A stretch of DNA of 64,000 bases from Glaucostegus cemiculus (GCA_976551045.1 CDPCPM010000233.1:3410001-3474000), one strand, 5' to 3'; counted from the stretch's first letter, positions 49,101 through 62,601 are shown. Translations and numbers: made by a program. The notes: generated by a model not told the origin, from the sequence alone.

Positions 49101-52100
49101 GTTTACGAGAGAAGTATTTCAAATCATCAAGACACCACCATATTTCCCATAGAAAGAATAATTTTGGAACAATCAGGCTGGAGTTAAAACATATGGGTAT
49201 CTTTTATAGGAATCAATCTTAAAAGAGGTTTTCAAATTAAGATGGCTGAAGCTCAGGAGAAGTAATACTTTGTAATAATTATTAATAGAATTGTACATTT
49301 ACAGAGCAGTGATCAATGAATATGCGGTAAGGTGTAGCTTTCTGTAAATTGCTTGTGATATTCATTCTCTCCATCATTACTTGTTTCATATGTATATGCC
49401 TGACATGTCAATGACCCAGAATTTGTTGCCTTTCTGCAGGAAGATAGGGAGGACTGATCCCAAACAAAATTGTAATATCCCTTACTGGAGAATTAGGAAC
49501 ACTGTAAATGTATAAGACGAGACTGTGTATGAGGGGTATTGTGATTGTCCTGGGAATGGTGCGTGTAGGAGGTAGGAAAGTTGGGAATGTAGGAGTTTCT
49601 TCCTAGTACATTGCTTAATTGTCCAGTATTTATTCAAATAAACAAAGGAGTAATTCATTGCAAGGAGTTTGGTAATGATCAGAAATGGTGTGAATTATAT
49701 AAGCTAATCAAGGCAAAGGAATGTTTGACATGAATGTCATTATCCTGAGCCAGGTGCTTTGAGTTAAACATCACCTCAGGACATGAAGGCTCCACAATAA
49801 CGTTTGATATCAGATGGTTATAGTAATATTCCTATCAGTAAGCATATAACCTTGAGAATGCAAAGCCTTTAAAAAAATTATAAAAGTTTAAAATTTTGTA
49901 ATCTAAAAATGAAACACAAACAGATTGGAGTGCCTTGAATAAATTAGATTATGTTCAAGAATATCACAGGTCTCAGAGACTGAGAAGGAGTATTAGGGGA
50001 GTGGTCAGGCATCAGAGCTAAGCATATGGCAAATATAAAGGGTTCCGTCCAAAATTAATGATGGAAGGCAAGGTGCAGTGGAGGAGTATTCCACAATCTT
50101 CAGACAATTAATATCAAAAATAATCCAATAGATGGGAAATAGAGTGACCAATATAACTAATGTTTCAAAGGAACTAGCCATCAGAAGATATAAAGCATAA
50201 CCCATGATATTTATGGCAATTATATGATGGGCCAAGTACAGGAAGGGTAGTAAGATACTGAAAATAGCAGGAACCTTCATTAGTAAGTGATCAAGATCTT
50301 GACAGGTGAGTTAAACAGCCCAAATGATCAAAAATAAGAGGGTCCAGGCAACATGGAGTATATTATCAGGTTAATAGTGGTTATGATCCAGGGAGTCACT
50401 AGTTTGGAATAATACTCAATGTCTTGTGGCTGCTTCACAGAATGTCCAGGATTAATGTGACACTATTGAAGTATAGGACTAGTACAAGGAACAGGATATG
50501 CCAACCGCCCAACCATTCATGGCAAACAAGGACATACTTAGGATTGCCCCAGTGTTGGGTGTTGCGTTGAAAACTATGTGCTGAAGTGATTCTAGGAACC
50601 CCAGAGTTCCATACTGGGGATTCTTACTAAGTACTGAAGGACTGAAGTGCCTTATCTCAGTCAAAAGCTAGGAAGGACCAAGAGCTGAGCAGTTATATTA
50701 TATGGCAACTGTTGCCACCTCCTAACAATACAGATCTACTGAAAAGGATTCCCTTCCACAGCAGAGATGGGTCACATTGCCCACGTGCATATTTTTTTTA
50801 CATGATATGGTGCATGTTCTATGAAACAAGCCACTCACAAAACTACATTCATGGTACAAATGCTCCATACCTCCATTAATTATTGATTGAGACTTAATAA
50901 AGCTTTTTAGAAAAGATGCATTACCAAAGCAATGCAGTGGTGAAAAAAAAAACATAGAACCATTAGGAGATGGACAAAGTTATGAGGACATGTACAATGT
51001 CAACCAAACACCATGGCTGAGAGTTTTAGCTTTAGGATTAGTTCTGGCCCAGAAGATTCTGATGATAAAATTCACATCCATGCTCTGTTCCATAAGATGA
51101 CCAAAATGTCAGGCTAATAATTTAGAACTCAGACCTTGATGTACCATATTCTTTCTCTTCACAATTTCAATTTAAACATATTTTGAATTAATCTGCTTCA
51201 AATTAAGACTAGATCACTACTAATAAGATGAGATGTTTTTGGTAACCATTAGGTAATACTGTGTGAGAAATAATGTGGAGAAATTACAGGATTACACAGT
51301 AGTGATGTGAAAAGTTTATATTAAGAATCTTCCCCCTTACTATGCAGTCTGTTAAAAAAAAATGAAGGCTTAATAAAATTGTGTGCACGTTCTTCTATTC
51401 AGTTTGGATCAATCTGATCTTTGCAAGAGGCATCCAAGGATAAGAAATAACTGACTGTTAAGACAAAACAAGAATGCAGTTAATGGTTTATATCTTTGCT
51501 CTCTGTTGTGAAAAATAAATCAGCATGGAACCTGACCACAGTGGTTAAACTTGCTATTTAGAGCAATGAGATCATCGGTGGACTCTGATCACGGGCAAGG
51601 CTGTACAGAAAGATAAACTGTTCACTATAGTGTTTTTGCAAGTAAATAAATCAACATACAAGGTCACCCTATGATGGAGTCTATCATGAGAATTTGCTGA
51701 CCCTTCCCACTGTGATACAAGTGTGATAATATAAGAGACAATGATTGATAGGAGGATATTGCCAAACAATGGTCTAAAATAGTATAAGAGCTACTTCAGA
51801 GCGCCCCTGCACAGATGGAGAGGAGAAACCATCTGAACACATGTGGTCTCCAGATGATAGCTTCCCTGGTATGACTTTGGTGTGAAGCGGAGAGTTGCCT
51901 CCATCTAGTTGCACCCTGCCCTACCATTGACCACCAATGCACCAGTCCATAGGTATCCTTTCCTCTGATGTTGCCTCTTCCCCGTATTTTCTCTATTGCC
52001 TTCTGAGTACAACCCAATTCCACGTCCACCCCAAGAACCTCTTCCTCCAACCCTCACCTTAACTACCACCTCCCCTGCCAAACTCCCACGGGCCTGTTTC

Positions 52101-52926
52101 TATGTGAGTGAGAGAAACAACTGTGTACTTTGGTTGTTCAAATGTCATCAGTGGTGAAACACCAATGGAAAGGCCATCATGCCTGTTTTAGTGCACTAGT
52201 CCTGTCTATAGTGCATGATGCCATGGGCTTGGCCCGTGATAGAATGTTGCTTCCCTGGAGCCCTGCATTAAACTGACACAGTGGCACAGTTTAATCAAAG
52301 AATATCTAGTTCATTATACTTTTACCATAGAAGCAGCACGTGCATTTCTAAGTGCTTGTTCATATTGCATTTTCATTCTATGTACAACTGAACTGATTTA
52401 AATAGTACCTTTCATTTGGACTGCTGCATCACAATTGTTTTGCCTTCTCTGGACACTCTAATGCTTAATTAAACTATTTAGATTCTAAATTAGTAGTTAA
52501 ACCCTGCCTGCTTAAAGTCTGATGTGTCAGCCACCCAGTGTTCATCTTTTGTCCTCCCCCTTCATTTCATAGTTGGTGTTTAGAACAATGCGAATACCTG
52601 TTTTATCAACTGCTCACTCATTTTACTAAAGAATCACTTTGGGGATATTTGAGCAAATAGCCAAGTGGGGTGAAACTTTAGTTTTTCTCCCCTCCCAGGT
52701 GTACTCTCCATTGATTACAATGGAGAACAGAATCAGTCAGGGTTTAAAACCAGATGCCACCAGCTTTCCAACAGGTTAGTTTGGTTAAACTGGTCCTTGT
52801 TTAGGTTGTGTCAGAAAGAAATCACAAAATGTGTAAAAGCTTTTAGGTTACTTATTGCTACATTGTGCCTCTTTGGTTTTTGGTCTCTGGTTTATTTCTA
52901 TCTTTCGATTTTCTCATTCATAGTTT

Positions 52927-53095
52927 NNNNNNNNNNNNNNNNNNNNNNNNNNNNNNNNNNNNNNNNNNNNNNNNNNNNNNNNNNNNNNNNNNNNNNNNNN
53001 NNNNNNNNNNNNNNNNNNNNNNNNNNNNNNNNNNNNNNNNNNNNNNNNNNNNNNNNNNNNNNNNNNNNNNNNNNNNNNNNNNNNNNNNNNNNNNN
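52927..53095. other. Assembly gap
   Basis: Run of N. Confidence 1.
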
Positions 53096-54074
53096 CCTTG
53101 CACCGTGTATTCCTATGTGTGCAGAGTGATGCTCTATTTGTCATTAGTTAAACAAACATTATATGCTGAAGACTCACACTCCAAAGAACCAAAGGTGTCA
53201 CAGGACATTCAAAATTGAGGAATTACTGCACGGTCCTCTGTGTAGCTCAGTCCCTCTTTAAATTGTCCTTTCCTCTTCTGATGCTGGTGTGCAAGATTCC
53301 TCTATGGAGTAGGAATCCTGCTGGGATCCTAGTGTACTTAATTATTGGGAAGAAAATAGGATCAGTATGAACATCCAATCAAAATGTCTTTGGAAAATCT
53401 AGGTTGTACTGCCAGCAGGAATAGTGGCTGGGAACTGAGGGGAATGGAACAGGCGAGCGGTGGGTCGGTAAAACTCTTACACTGGTTTGAAAATAATAGG
53501 CCCTTGCACATGAGAACCATGATGTCAATTGGACCATGTCAAATACTGAACAAGAACAAATTTGCATTCATATCAGATCTTTTCTCATTTCAGGGAATCT
53601 AACTGTGTGTAATGAAGTTGACATCGGTGAATGAAACTGACTTTGGTGTCAGACAGAATTTGTGATGGGCACTAAAGACAATGATTAGATCGAGGAAGTT
53701 TCTGCTCATCCAGAAATAGATGCTGGACAAGCAATCTGATAATTTAAATAGGAGTTACCATCAAACTCAGGCACAACGGGGTCAGTGTTTAGGAATCTCA
53801 TAGCATTCTGCTGCTGTTTTACCAAAATGGGGATGATCATAGAGTAAGTCTTAGTGTAAGTGCCTAGATGCTCCATAGTGATTGTGTATGTACCATAGGA
53901 CCAGTGTGCTCTTTCATTACTTTCCCTGGTGGGCTCAATAGCAGTGTGACTGTGAACACAGTCAACCTCTGACCCAAAAATGTAGAGGTGGTGCCAAACT
54001 TAACCCTCAGCTTTGAATTGGGAGTAAATTGGGAAATAGAGACTGCACTGATGGGCCAGCGTATGAAGGAAGAA

Positions 54075-54980
54075 CTTCCATTTATGTAACAGCTTTCTCG
54101 AATAAAGGTATCATGAAATGCCTTACAACCAATTAAGTAATAGAACATAGAACATAGATACCTACAGCACAATTCAGGCCCTTCGGCCCACAAAGCTGTG
54201 CTGAACATGTCCCCACACTATTAGGCTTACCCATAGCCATCTATCTTATTTACCTCCATGTACCTATCCAACAGTCTCTTGAAAGACCCTATCGTATCTG
54301 CCTCCACCACCATTTCTGGCAGCATATCCCACACACTCACCACTCACTGAGTAAAAAACTTACCCGAACATCTCCCCGACATCTTCGCCCCAGCATCCTA
54401 AACCTATGTCCTCTTGTGGCCACCATTTCGGCCCTGGGGAAAAGCCTCTGACCATCTACCCTATCAGTACCTCTCATCATCTTATACACCTCAATCAGGT
54501 GCCCCCTCATTCTTTTCTCCAAGGAGAAAAGGCCGAGTTCCCGCAACCTGCTCTCATAAGGCAAGCTCCTCATTCCAGGCAGCATCCTCATAAACCTCCT
54601 CTGCACCCTCTCTATTGCTTCCACATCCTTCCTGTAGTGAGGCAACCAAAACTGAACACAACACTCCAGGTGGGGTCTGACCAGGGACCTATACAACTGA
54701 AGCACAACTAATGTTGAAGTGCAGTTTAATGCTGGGAGTCATGGCAGCCAAGGTCCCATGAGGAGCAATGAGATAAATAGACAATTAAACTCTTTATTGG
54801 TGTGAATTATATATTTGCATGGAAATTCAGCACCCGCATGTTCTTCTACCAGAGTGCCATGTCTTTTAAGTCAACTGAGGTAATAGAGAGAGCTTCAGTT
54901 TCATATCTCATCTGAAAAATGCTGTCTCCAGGTGTAACGTTCCTTCAGCCTTCTGTTGAAATGATAGTCAAAAATACTCT
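54075..54980 (-). mobile_element. Deu-type SINE remnant split by the CR1 at 54140-54708
   Basis: ccttacaaccaattaagta on the left continues as tgaagtgcagtttaatg...agcaatgagataaat...tttcatatctcatctgaaa on the right. Confidence 0.55.
54140..54708 (-). mobile_element. CR1 3' fragment
   Basis: ORF 54337-54705 reads LYRSLVRPHLECCVQFW...LIEVYK; atagaacatagaacatag terminus. Confidence 0.95.
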
Positions 54981-55328
54981 AATATCTAATTAGATATTTC
55001 TAATTGTGCTTACAACTATTGTTCTCAGCAGCCATTGTTTGACAGCGTGACCTGTGGCCAGGACTCCCTCAAAATCAATTTGGAACAGCTAATGGAAGCA
55101 TATAAAGATGTGCCAGAGTGAACCAACATCTGGGTATACCTGTACCTTAGCTAACTTGGCACTGATAATAGCAATAAAACCAGTTTTATCCCATATCCAG
55201 ATCAAGGTACTGCCAAGACACCATAATATTCATTGTTGAATTTAAACTCTGAGACATAGATTGCTAACATGCATGAAAGGATAAATGACCAAAATACTAG
55301 GAGAAGCAAATGGCTTTTATATCATATT

Positions 55329-55407
55329 TGTGTGTGTGTCTGTGTGTCTGTCTGTGTGTCTGTCTGTCTGCCTGTCTGTCTGTCTGTCTGTCCGTGTGTC
55401 TGTGTCT
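55329..55407. repeat. (TG)/(TGTC)n microsatellite
   Basis: Directly visible. Confidence 0.95.
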
Positions 55408-56137
55408 GGCTTGATGGAGCATTTGAAGTGGGAAGGTATCTCTATCTCTGAAAGCAAGTAATAGACCTGTGGAGAGAGAATAAAGTAATACAATCCCTGC
55501 TGTGAATCTGGCAAGGAGCAGTGTCGTGCTCACTGAACCTTGCAGTACCAAGCCTAAGCCCAGTTCACACCCATGTCCTTTGTATTTCAATAGAAGCAAG
55601 TATCAGCCTCTGGATCTCGGTTCAACCGGGTCACGCTTATATATTAAAAAGTGACACTGTTCATAAATATTTCCTCCAGCTATGTAAGCAAATCTTTGTG
55701 GTTTACAGAGAAGTTTCCCCCATTGACTTTGACTTGGCTGGTGTGACTATTGAATGGCACCTTCACTCCAGATCCATGTAGATTCAACAGTGAAACTAAA
55801 AGATGGCTTAGACCAGCTCAATCAAGGCAAGGAGGTTGGAAGATTGGAGAATCTGCCACACCAGATACACTAGGAAGCAGTTCAATCAGTGGTAGATCAA
55901 TCTCCTAATTGACAGCTTGATGTACAGGGGTATTTTGAGTGAACCTGCTTAGCTGGTTGATCTGGTGTGGCCTCTGCTTCCCAATTTGCCAGTTTACTTA
56001 CAATTCAAAGTTACACAAATTAGTAGAACATTATAAAAATAAACTGCCACCTCCAAAGCAAGCAAAGAAGTATGCCAACAGATCGGAAAAAAAATACACA
56101 GCCTTAAACAGTATTAATGGACAGAAACTGACTGACA

Positions 56138-56289
56138 NNNNNNNNNNNNNNNNNNNNNNNNNNNNNNNNNNNNNNNNNNNNNNNNNNNNNNNNNNNNNNN
56201 NNNNNNNNNNNNNNNNNNNNNNNNNNNNNNNNNNNNNNNNNNNNNNNNNNNNNNNNNNNNNNNNNNNNNNNNNNNNNNNNNNNNNNNNN
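56138..56289. other. Assembly gap
   Basis: Run of N. Confidence 1.
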
Positions 56290-56977
56290 GGCTTTGTGCA
56301 TGTTCTGTTATTTTAATATTTAATGCACAACTTCCCACCCCAACCATTTTTGAAAAAAAAACTTTCAAATGCTGTTAGAAGGGATGAGGGTAAAAACAGT
56401 TAGACAAGGAGAAATGCATGAGTTGATACGTTACAAAATGGAGGATAGTCACGTATATGTTACAACATGGGGAACTGATCAGGTATCGTGGGACTTGATC
56501 ACATTCCATTTCCGTGGTCTCTTAGATAGAACTGACTTCCCTTATCAGCACTGAGGCAGTTTGAGCTGGATGCACAGGAACGTAGTTCATTGTTCTTGCT
56601 CAGGGATGGTGAACAGTTTGTTTGGTAAGCATTAGGGATAGACCCAAGAGTTGTCTGTAAACGGACCATGAGATGGTAGAATAGTCCGCTTATAGTTGTA
56701 AAATACCTAGTTGGGCATGCATATAATGTATGTAATCAATTGTAAATATTATTGGTTTGTAATAAACTGAGCAGAACTTGAAAAAGAGTATAATAATGGA
56801 TTTTCTCTTTGTTCTGTGGAATTGCTCAAATTTTTGGTGACTTTCTCCCCCCTGGTTATTATATAATGAACCTTTGGCATTTGGAATTTAACTGGGTCCC
56901 TTCAGTCGCTTGTTTCCACTGACATGTCTGGTTACCTTATCTGCTTTTTGTCAAAAGGTCATCTGCATCTTGGACTA

Positions 56978-57320
56978 TACAGTAGTGCAGTTAATATAGC
57001 TGCTGTCTTACAGTTCCAACAACCCAGGTTTAACCCTGCATTCTGTGTAGAGTTTGCACATCTTCCCTGTGACCACATGAGTTTCCATTGGGTGCTCCAT
57101 TTTCCCCTCAAATCCCAAAGACACGTGGGTTAGTAGTTGTTTGGACACTGTAAATTGCCTGTGGTGTGTAGGTAAGTGGTAGAATCTGGGGGAAGGGGGA
57201 GGTGGTGCAGAGAGTGGATAGGAATGTGGGGAGAAGATAAAATAGAATGACTATATATAGGTGCCTGATGATTGGCACAGACTCAATTGGTTGTTTCCCT
57301 GCTGTAGGATTCTCTGTCTC
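56978..57320 (+). mobile_element. V-type tRNA SINE with CR1-type tail
   Basis: tgtgtagagtttgcacatcttccctgtgacc...ggtgctccattttcccctcaaatcccaaagac core. Confidence 0.75.
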
Positions 57321-57493
57321 ATCTTGTTAATTTTCTGAGGTAGAATAATATATAATACACAGCCCATAAACAGGCCAATCTGCCCAGCTAAATCTTCTTC
57401 CCACCCTTCCTCATCTAGAATTTCCATTCTAACTCTCCCTGCTATCTAGCAGAATGTGATCATGACTACATTCTTATTAATTGCTTCAACCAC

Positions 57494-57955
57494 TCAGATT
57501 CAGTTTAGCTTATTGTCATATACACCAGGATGCAATGCAATTCCTTGCCCAATTATAAACAGATTACATGATAATAATGAATGTAACAGTAAGTACAGCA
57601 ACAAGCACAAAACAATAGGATGGTGCAAAGATAGTAGTGCCATCGGAAGTAGTGCAAAAGAAATCCTAAAGTGACAATAACAGAATAACTGAGAGAGGTA
57701 GAATTAAGAGTCTGAGAACATGGTAGGACCACCGGGAAGGGTATGTAAAAGAGGTGATTAGTTCAGAAGTCTGAGAGCAGCAAGGAAGAAGCTGTTCTTG
57801 AGTCTGGTCGTTCGGGCTTTCAAGCTTCTGTATCTTCTCCCAGATGGTAGAAGAGAGAAAAGAGAATGGCCAAGGTGGCAGACATTCTTGACGATCCTAT
57901 TTGCCTTCCTGAAGCAATGTACCATGAAGATGGACTGGACAGAAGGAAGTGATGA
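57494..57955 (-). mobile_element. Rex1/Babar 3' fragment
   Basis: ORF 57758-58024 reads HLGHSLFSLLPSGRRYRSLKARTTRLKNSFF. Confidence 0.9.
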
Positions 57956-58489
57956 GTATCTTGTGTCTGTGGCCTTTGGTTCTACTTCTCCCCACTGACC
58001 TAAACATGCATTCTTTCCATGCACTTGTCAAAACCTTTTGAAATTTTATCTCCACTTCTACGTCACTCCTCAGCCTTGTCTTTCCAGGAGAAAAGATATC
58101 CAAGTTAATTATTCCTTTCTGACAGGTATAACTCACAGTTCGCTTGAACAGGTCTGAAGGTCATGAATTCATGCAAATCCGGCTTAACAATTAACCAGTA
58201 GCTCCTGAACATGTCTCATTCGCCACAGTAAAAACAGACCTGTACTATTCTGTGATATTCCCAGAGCAGAGTCATTCTCCATATTCCTACGATTACTCAT
58301 AATCAAAAAGCAAAGAAAAACAGAAAATTCAGGAAGCTATCGAAAGGAAAACAGAGTTATATTTCAGGTTAATGAGCAGAACTTTCAACAGAACCTGAAA
58401 TGTTAATCTGCTTCTTTCTTCACAGAGGATCAGCATACAACATTCCTCCTTGTCTCTCACGCTAGCTGACACTGTCTCCTGCTCAGGCT

Positions 58490-58835
58490 TTCCTGCTCAC
58501 CGATCACTCTATCCTCACCGATCTCCTGATCTTCCCTAGTATTCTCTCCTCTCCAGTCATCCTATCATCCCGACTATCCCCTCGTCACCAATTACCCTAT
58601 CACCAATTACCCTATCCTCTCATTTACCCTCTCATCACCAGTCACCTCCCAACAATCACCCTTTCACCAATCACCCTATCCTCCCCTGCCATGCTCTCCT
58701 TTCCAATCACCCTATCCTTCCTACCATCCTCTGCTCACCAAACGTCCTATCCCCTCCCGCTATCATCCTCTCCTTTCCAATCCTATTGTCCCCTAAAATT
58801 CCTTATTCACCAGTACCTGATCCTCTCCAGTCTTC
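58490..58835. repeat. Degenerate pyrimidine-rich minisatellite (approx. tcaccaatcaccctatcc)
   Basis: caccaattaccctat occurs twice in tandem at ~58586-58615, with many variants around it. Confidence 0.8.
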
Positions 58836-59399
58836 CCGGGACACTGCTCTCAGACTATTGCCTTTAATACGTGCTTTCTCATCAATGGTGCTACCCGCAA
58901 AGAATTTCCTTTAAAAACTTTATGAGATCCCATTTCTTAAAAATCATGTTTTATCATTCTTCTGAACCTCTCCATGGATTCACATCCAGTTGCCCCACAT
59001 CAATATTATGAAGCACCCTGGGTGTTATTTTCCTTATTTCCACAAGATGAACGTAAGCATTTAGCAATATGTTTGGTGGTCCCAACTTGCAGTTTTTCTG
59101 CGTGCTGTCAGAAGTATATTTCAATGCCAGCAGCAGAAACTGCCCCTGCAGAGAAACAGCATGCAAATACATGCAAAGAGAAGGAAGAGTAAGTGTTTTT
59201 CCCACTGGCTCAGACAGGCTGCCTCTAACACTTGGTTGCATTACTAATCACATTGTCTCAGTTGGTAGCAAGCTTGCCTTTGAGCCAGTAGTTTGTATTT
59301 TCTGGACCCATTCCCAGGACTTGATCAAACTATCTAGGCTTGCGGTATTCTGTGATATTGACTATTCATGCTAATATGTTACATCACACAACATGAGCT

Positions 59400-61020
59400 T
59401 TTATTTTCTGCAATGACCTTTGATGTGACACCGTATTACATGTCTTCTGGAACTCTAAGTATCAACTTCCTTTATCAATGGCACATGTCACTTCTGCAAA
59501 GAATTCCATGAGCTTAGGCAAAGATGATTCCCTTTGTCAAAAGTGTGTTGACTTTACCTGATTACCTTAATTTTTTGTAGATGCCCTGTTTCTCACTGGT
59601 TTATTATGATAGATGTTAAGCTAATTGGCCTGTAGTTTCCTGTTTTCTGTCTCCCTCCCTCTTTAAATAAAGGGATCAGCTTTGAAGTTTTCCAATCTAG
59701 AGGAACCTTACCCAAATCTGGGGAATTTTGACAAATGAATACCAATGCATCAACAAATTGAATTTATTCAAGAAGTCCATCGAAGACTTGTCAACCCACA
59801 GCCTCAACAATTTGCTCCGCAGCACTTCCTTGGTGATATAGCTGTGAATCAGGAATTAATTCTGATTTTCTGAATTAATTCCTGATTCACAGCTATTTCT
59901 ATAATGTCATGTGTCCTATATAGAGAAAAATGATGTAAATTATTGATGAGATTCATCTACTAGTTCTTCACTTTCCATTATTAATTCCCCAGACTCACTT
60001 TCTTCTACAGGTCCAATGCACACCTCTTTGACTCTTTGCTTTTTAAAATATCAGTAGAACCTCTTCCTACCAATTTTTACTTTTCTGGCTAGCTTTTTCG
60101 CATGTTGCAATTTTTTTTATTCCTTATTAACCTTTTATGTGCCTTTTTTATATGCCGTCCAATCTTCTGACCTGTCGCCTGTCTTTGCACAATTAAATGT
60201 TTATTCTTTTTCAGTTTGATGGTACCTTTTACTTTATTTTCATCTACCCCTTGTAATTTTCCTTTCTCACTGAAATACATCTGTTCTGTGTATGTTATTC
60301 AGTGTATCTGTATATATTCTGCGTTTCTGAACATCCCTGGACTCTCCCTGGTATCCTCACTTCCTTCCTAGAGTATGGTGACCAGAGTTAGGTACAGTAC
60401 TCCATTTGAATCCCAACCAGTGACTTCAAAGTGACAACACAACCTCCTTTCCTCTGTATTCATTGCCTCCATTTATAAAGCACTCAGCCTTTATCAACAG
60501 CTCCCTCAACATGTCCTAAACTTCAAAGATCTACCACCAGTGCATTATAGCTGTGGTGCGTACTCTTTAATAGTACATTGAAGTTACTTGCCTAGACTAT
60601 TCCAAATTCACCTTCCAAACTCTGTTCCTTTGTTAGAACTGGGTCATTCAGACTTAATTGTTTGATAAAATCTGCTAAAATTCAGACTTCCCTGCATTAC
60701 ATTTTATCTGCCACTTGTCTGCCCATTCTGTCAACCGGTCTATACCTTCTTGCATTCCATTACAATCCTCCTCATTGTTAATCATACCTCCAAATTTGGT
60801 GTCTTCACAAATCTTGAAATGTTACACTGCACACCAATATCCAGTTTATTATCATCTATCAACAAAAAGCAGTTGTCCAGTACCAAACCTCCGGGAATAC
60901 CACTGTCCACCAATCTTCAGTATAAAAACCATTATTCCCTGATCTTTGGGCCAATTTTCTATCTGTGATGACTCCTTTATTCCATTGCCTCAGTTTTGCT
61001 AACCAACCTTTTATATGGTC
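59400..61020 (-). mobile_element. Old CR1 fragments
   Basis: The reverse complement of gatgttaagctaattggcctgtagtttcctg encodes GNYRPISLT; RT remnants at ~60700-61020. Confidence 0.75.
59838..59896. repeat. Perfect 25-bp inverted repeat with 9-nt loop
   Basis: atagctgtgaatcaggaattaattc-tgattttct-gaattaattcctgattcacagctat. Confidence 0.95.
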
Positions 61021-61034
61021 CTGCACATAGTGAG

Positions 61035-61400
61035 ACACAAACAACATTCAGGCACAGGTGGGTAAGTGGCAAACTACACACATGCCACACAAGTGCCAAG
61101 CAATGACTAGTTCCAACAAGAGAAATACTAACCATCAGTGAGTCCCTGCTTTCAATATCCTGGCAATCACTATTGATAAGAAACTTAATTGGATCAGCCT
61201 CATGAGTATTGTGATCACATGAGCAAGTTGGGAAAGAATAAATCTGCAAAGTCTTTTCACCACTAACAAGGCACAAATCAAGACTTTAGTGGATTGGATA
61301 TATGCAGCTCCAATACCAGAGCATCAAGTTCCGTGAAAGATGTTCAGCATAATCTAGTACAGAGCATGATTGGGACCCCGTTCAACGTCCTCAACCTTGG
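61035..61400 (+). mobile_element. Old CR1-like LINE remnant (same lineage as 40150-41620)
   Basis: aacattcaggca...aagtggcaa...ccacacaagtgccaagcaatgact (NIQA..KWQ...PHKCQAMT). Confidence 0.7.
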
Positions 61401-61849
61401 CTCTCATTAGGAACTGAAACTTCCCAATGGCAACTTAATATAAATAGAAGATAAGTCCACAATATGACCAGTATGAAATTTGCAATTCATCCTCCTTTGC
61501 AATGATGATTCAAGCTTACAATGAAGAACAACAAAGATATTTCACAAGATAATTTACCAAGATGTTGTCAAATCCTTGCATGTATATCTCTGCACCTTGC
61601 ATAATGTTGAAAATTTCTTTCTCATCTGGTTCCAGGTTTTGATTGCAGATAAGGCATCATTTACATGCTGCCACTTTTTTAATGCTGCTCAGTTGGTGCT
61701 CTGTACTGCCAGGTGGCCTTTCCACAAGATTGTGAGTGATGGATCCTTAACGTTGCCACTATGTTCGCAGTCATTTTCAAGAACCATTAATAAAGCAGGT
61801 TACTCATAACAGAAATGACTTCTGACCTCCAAGGAAGGAACAAAAGACT

Positions 61850-62170
61850 TTCTTTTCAAAATCTCAGAACATCACAAATTTCCTTAATGCCAAAGTACCA
61901 CTTTCCCTTGCATTCACTGTTGCAATGTAGAAAACATGGCAGTCAATTTGTGTACAACAAGTGCCATAATAGCCAGGAAGTCGATCAGTTTGGGGAATTA
62001 GTTGGGGGAAAAGCATTAGCCAGAATTTCCCTGTTCTTCATAATTGCAAGCGATATTTAACCTCCATTTGAGAAGGTAGGCAGGACCTCAGTTTAATATC
62101 TGACTTGAAGACTGGAGTTTACATTAGGCATGGCTTCACTGATGCAAGGAGATATCAACCTGAATTTTTC
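61850..62170 (-). mobile_element. Deu-type SINE remnant
   Basis: tgttgcaatgtagaaaacatggcagtcaatttgtgtacaacaag...cctcagtttaatatctgac; similar to 54715-54930. Confidence 0.55.
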
Positions 62171-62601
62171 CACTCATCTGGGGCCCCTCAGTACATCATA
62201 TTCTTGCTGGCTTGAGCACCATAAAGATATTTAGACGTGCTAACATCCTTTTATCCAGTTGATCCTTGTATGCATCACTCTGTTGAGACTAAATTATTGG
62301 TCACCTCCAAATATGGTTTTGTGTTTTGACTGTCATCCTCAAATCTACTTGCACTATCTCCTGGCTAATCTGCCATGAAATAGCCGGAAAATCCTCTGTC
62401 AATAGTTTTCTTGAGGCTGATCATACAAAAGTTATCCAGGGCAACCTCCCTTCTGGGTTTTGCTTTATCCATGTGGATAAATGCCCAGAATAGTGCCTTC
62501 AAGAATAATGTTGTTGAAATTAGCTGCTTAGCAACTGAGGCAGCACCCACATGAATTTATAATTTTATGAAACAGTGGCTCAATTTAAAGCCAAATATCA
62601 A

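Noticed and set aside
49400-50500. Unexplained purine-rich stretch
   Set aside because: Faint CR1-like remnants suspected, but too degraded to call.
55029-55121. Possible terminal coding exon QPLFDSVTCGQDSLKINLEQLMEAYKDVPE*
   Set aside because: Only 30 codons, not phase-compatible with the upstream candidate exon, and no recognised homology.
56372-56870. Possible solo LTR (tgtta start, aataaa)
   Set aside because: No matching terminal CA/TSD pair or second copy found.
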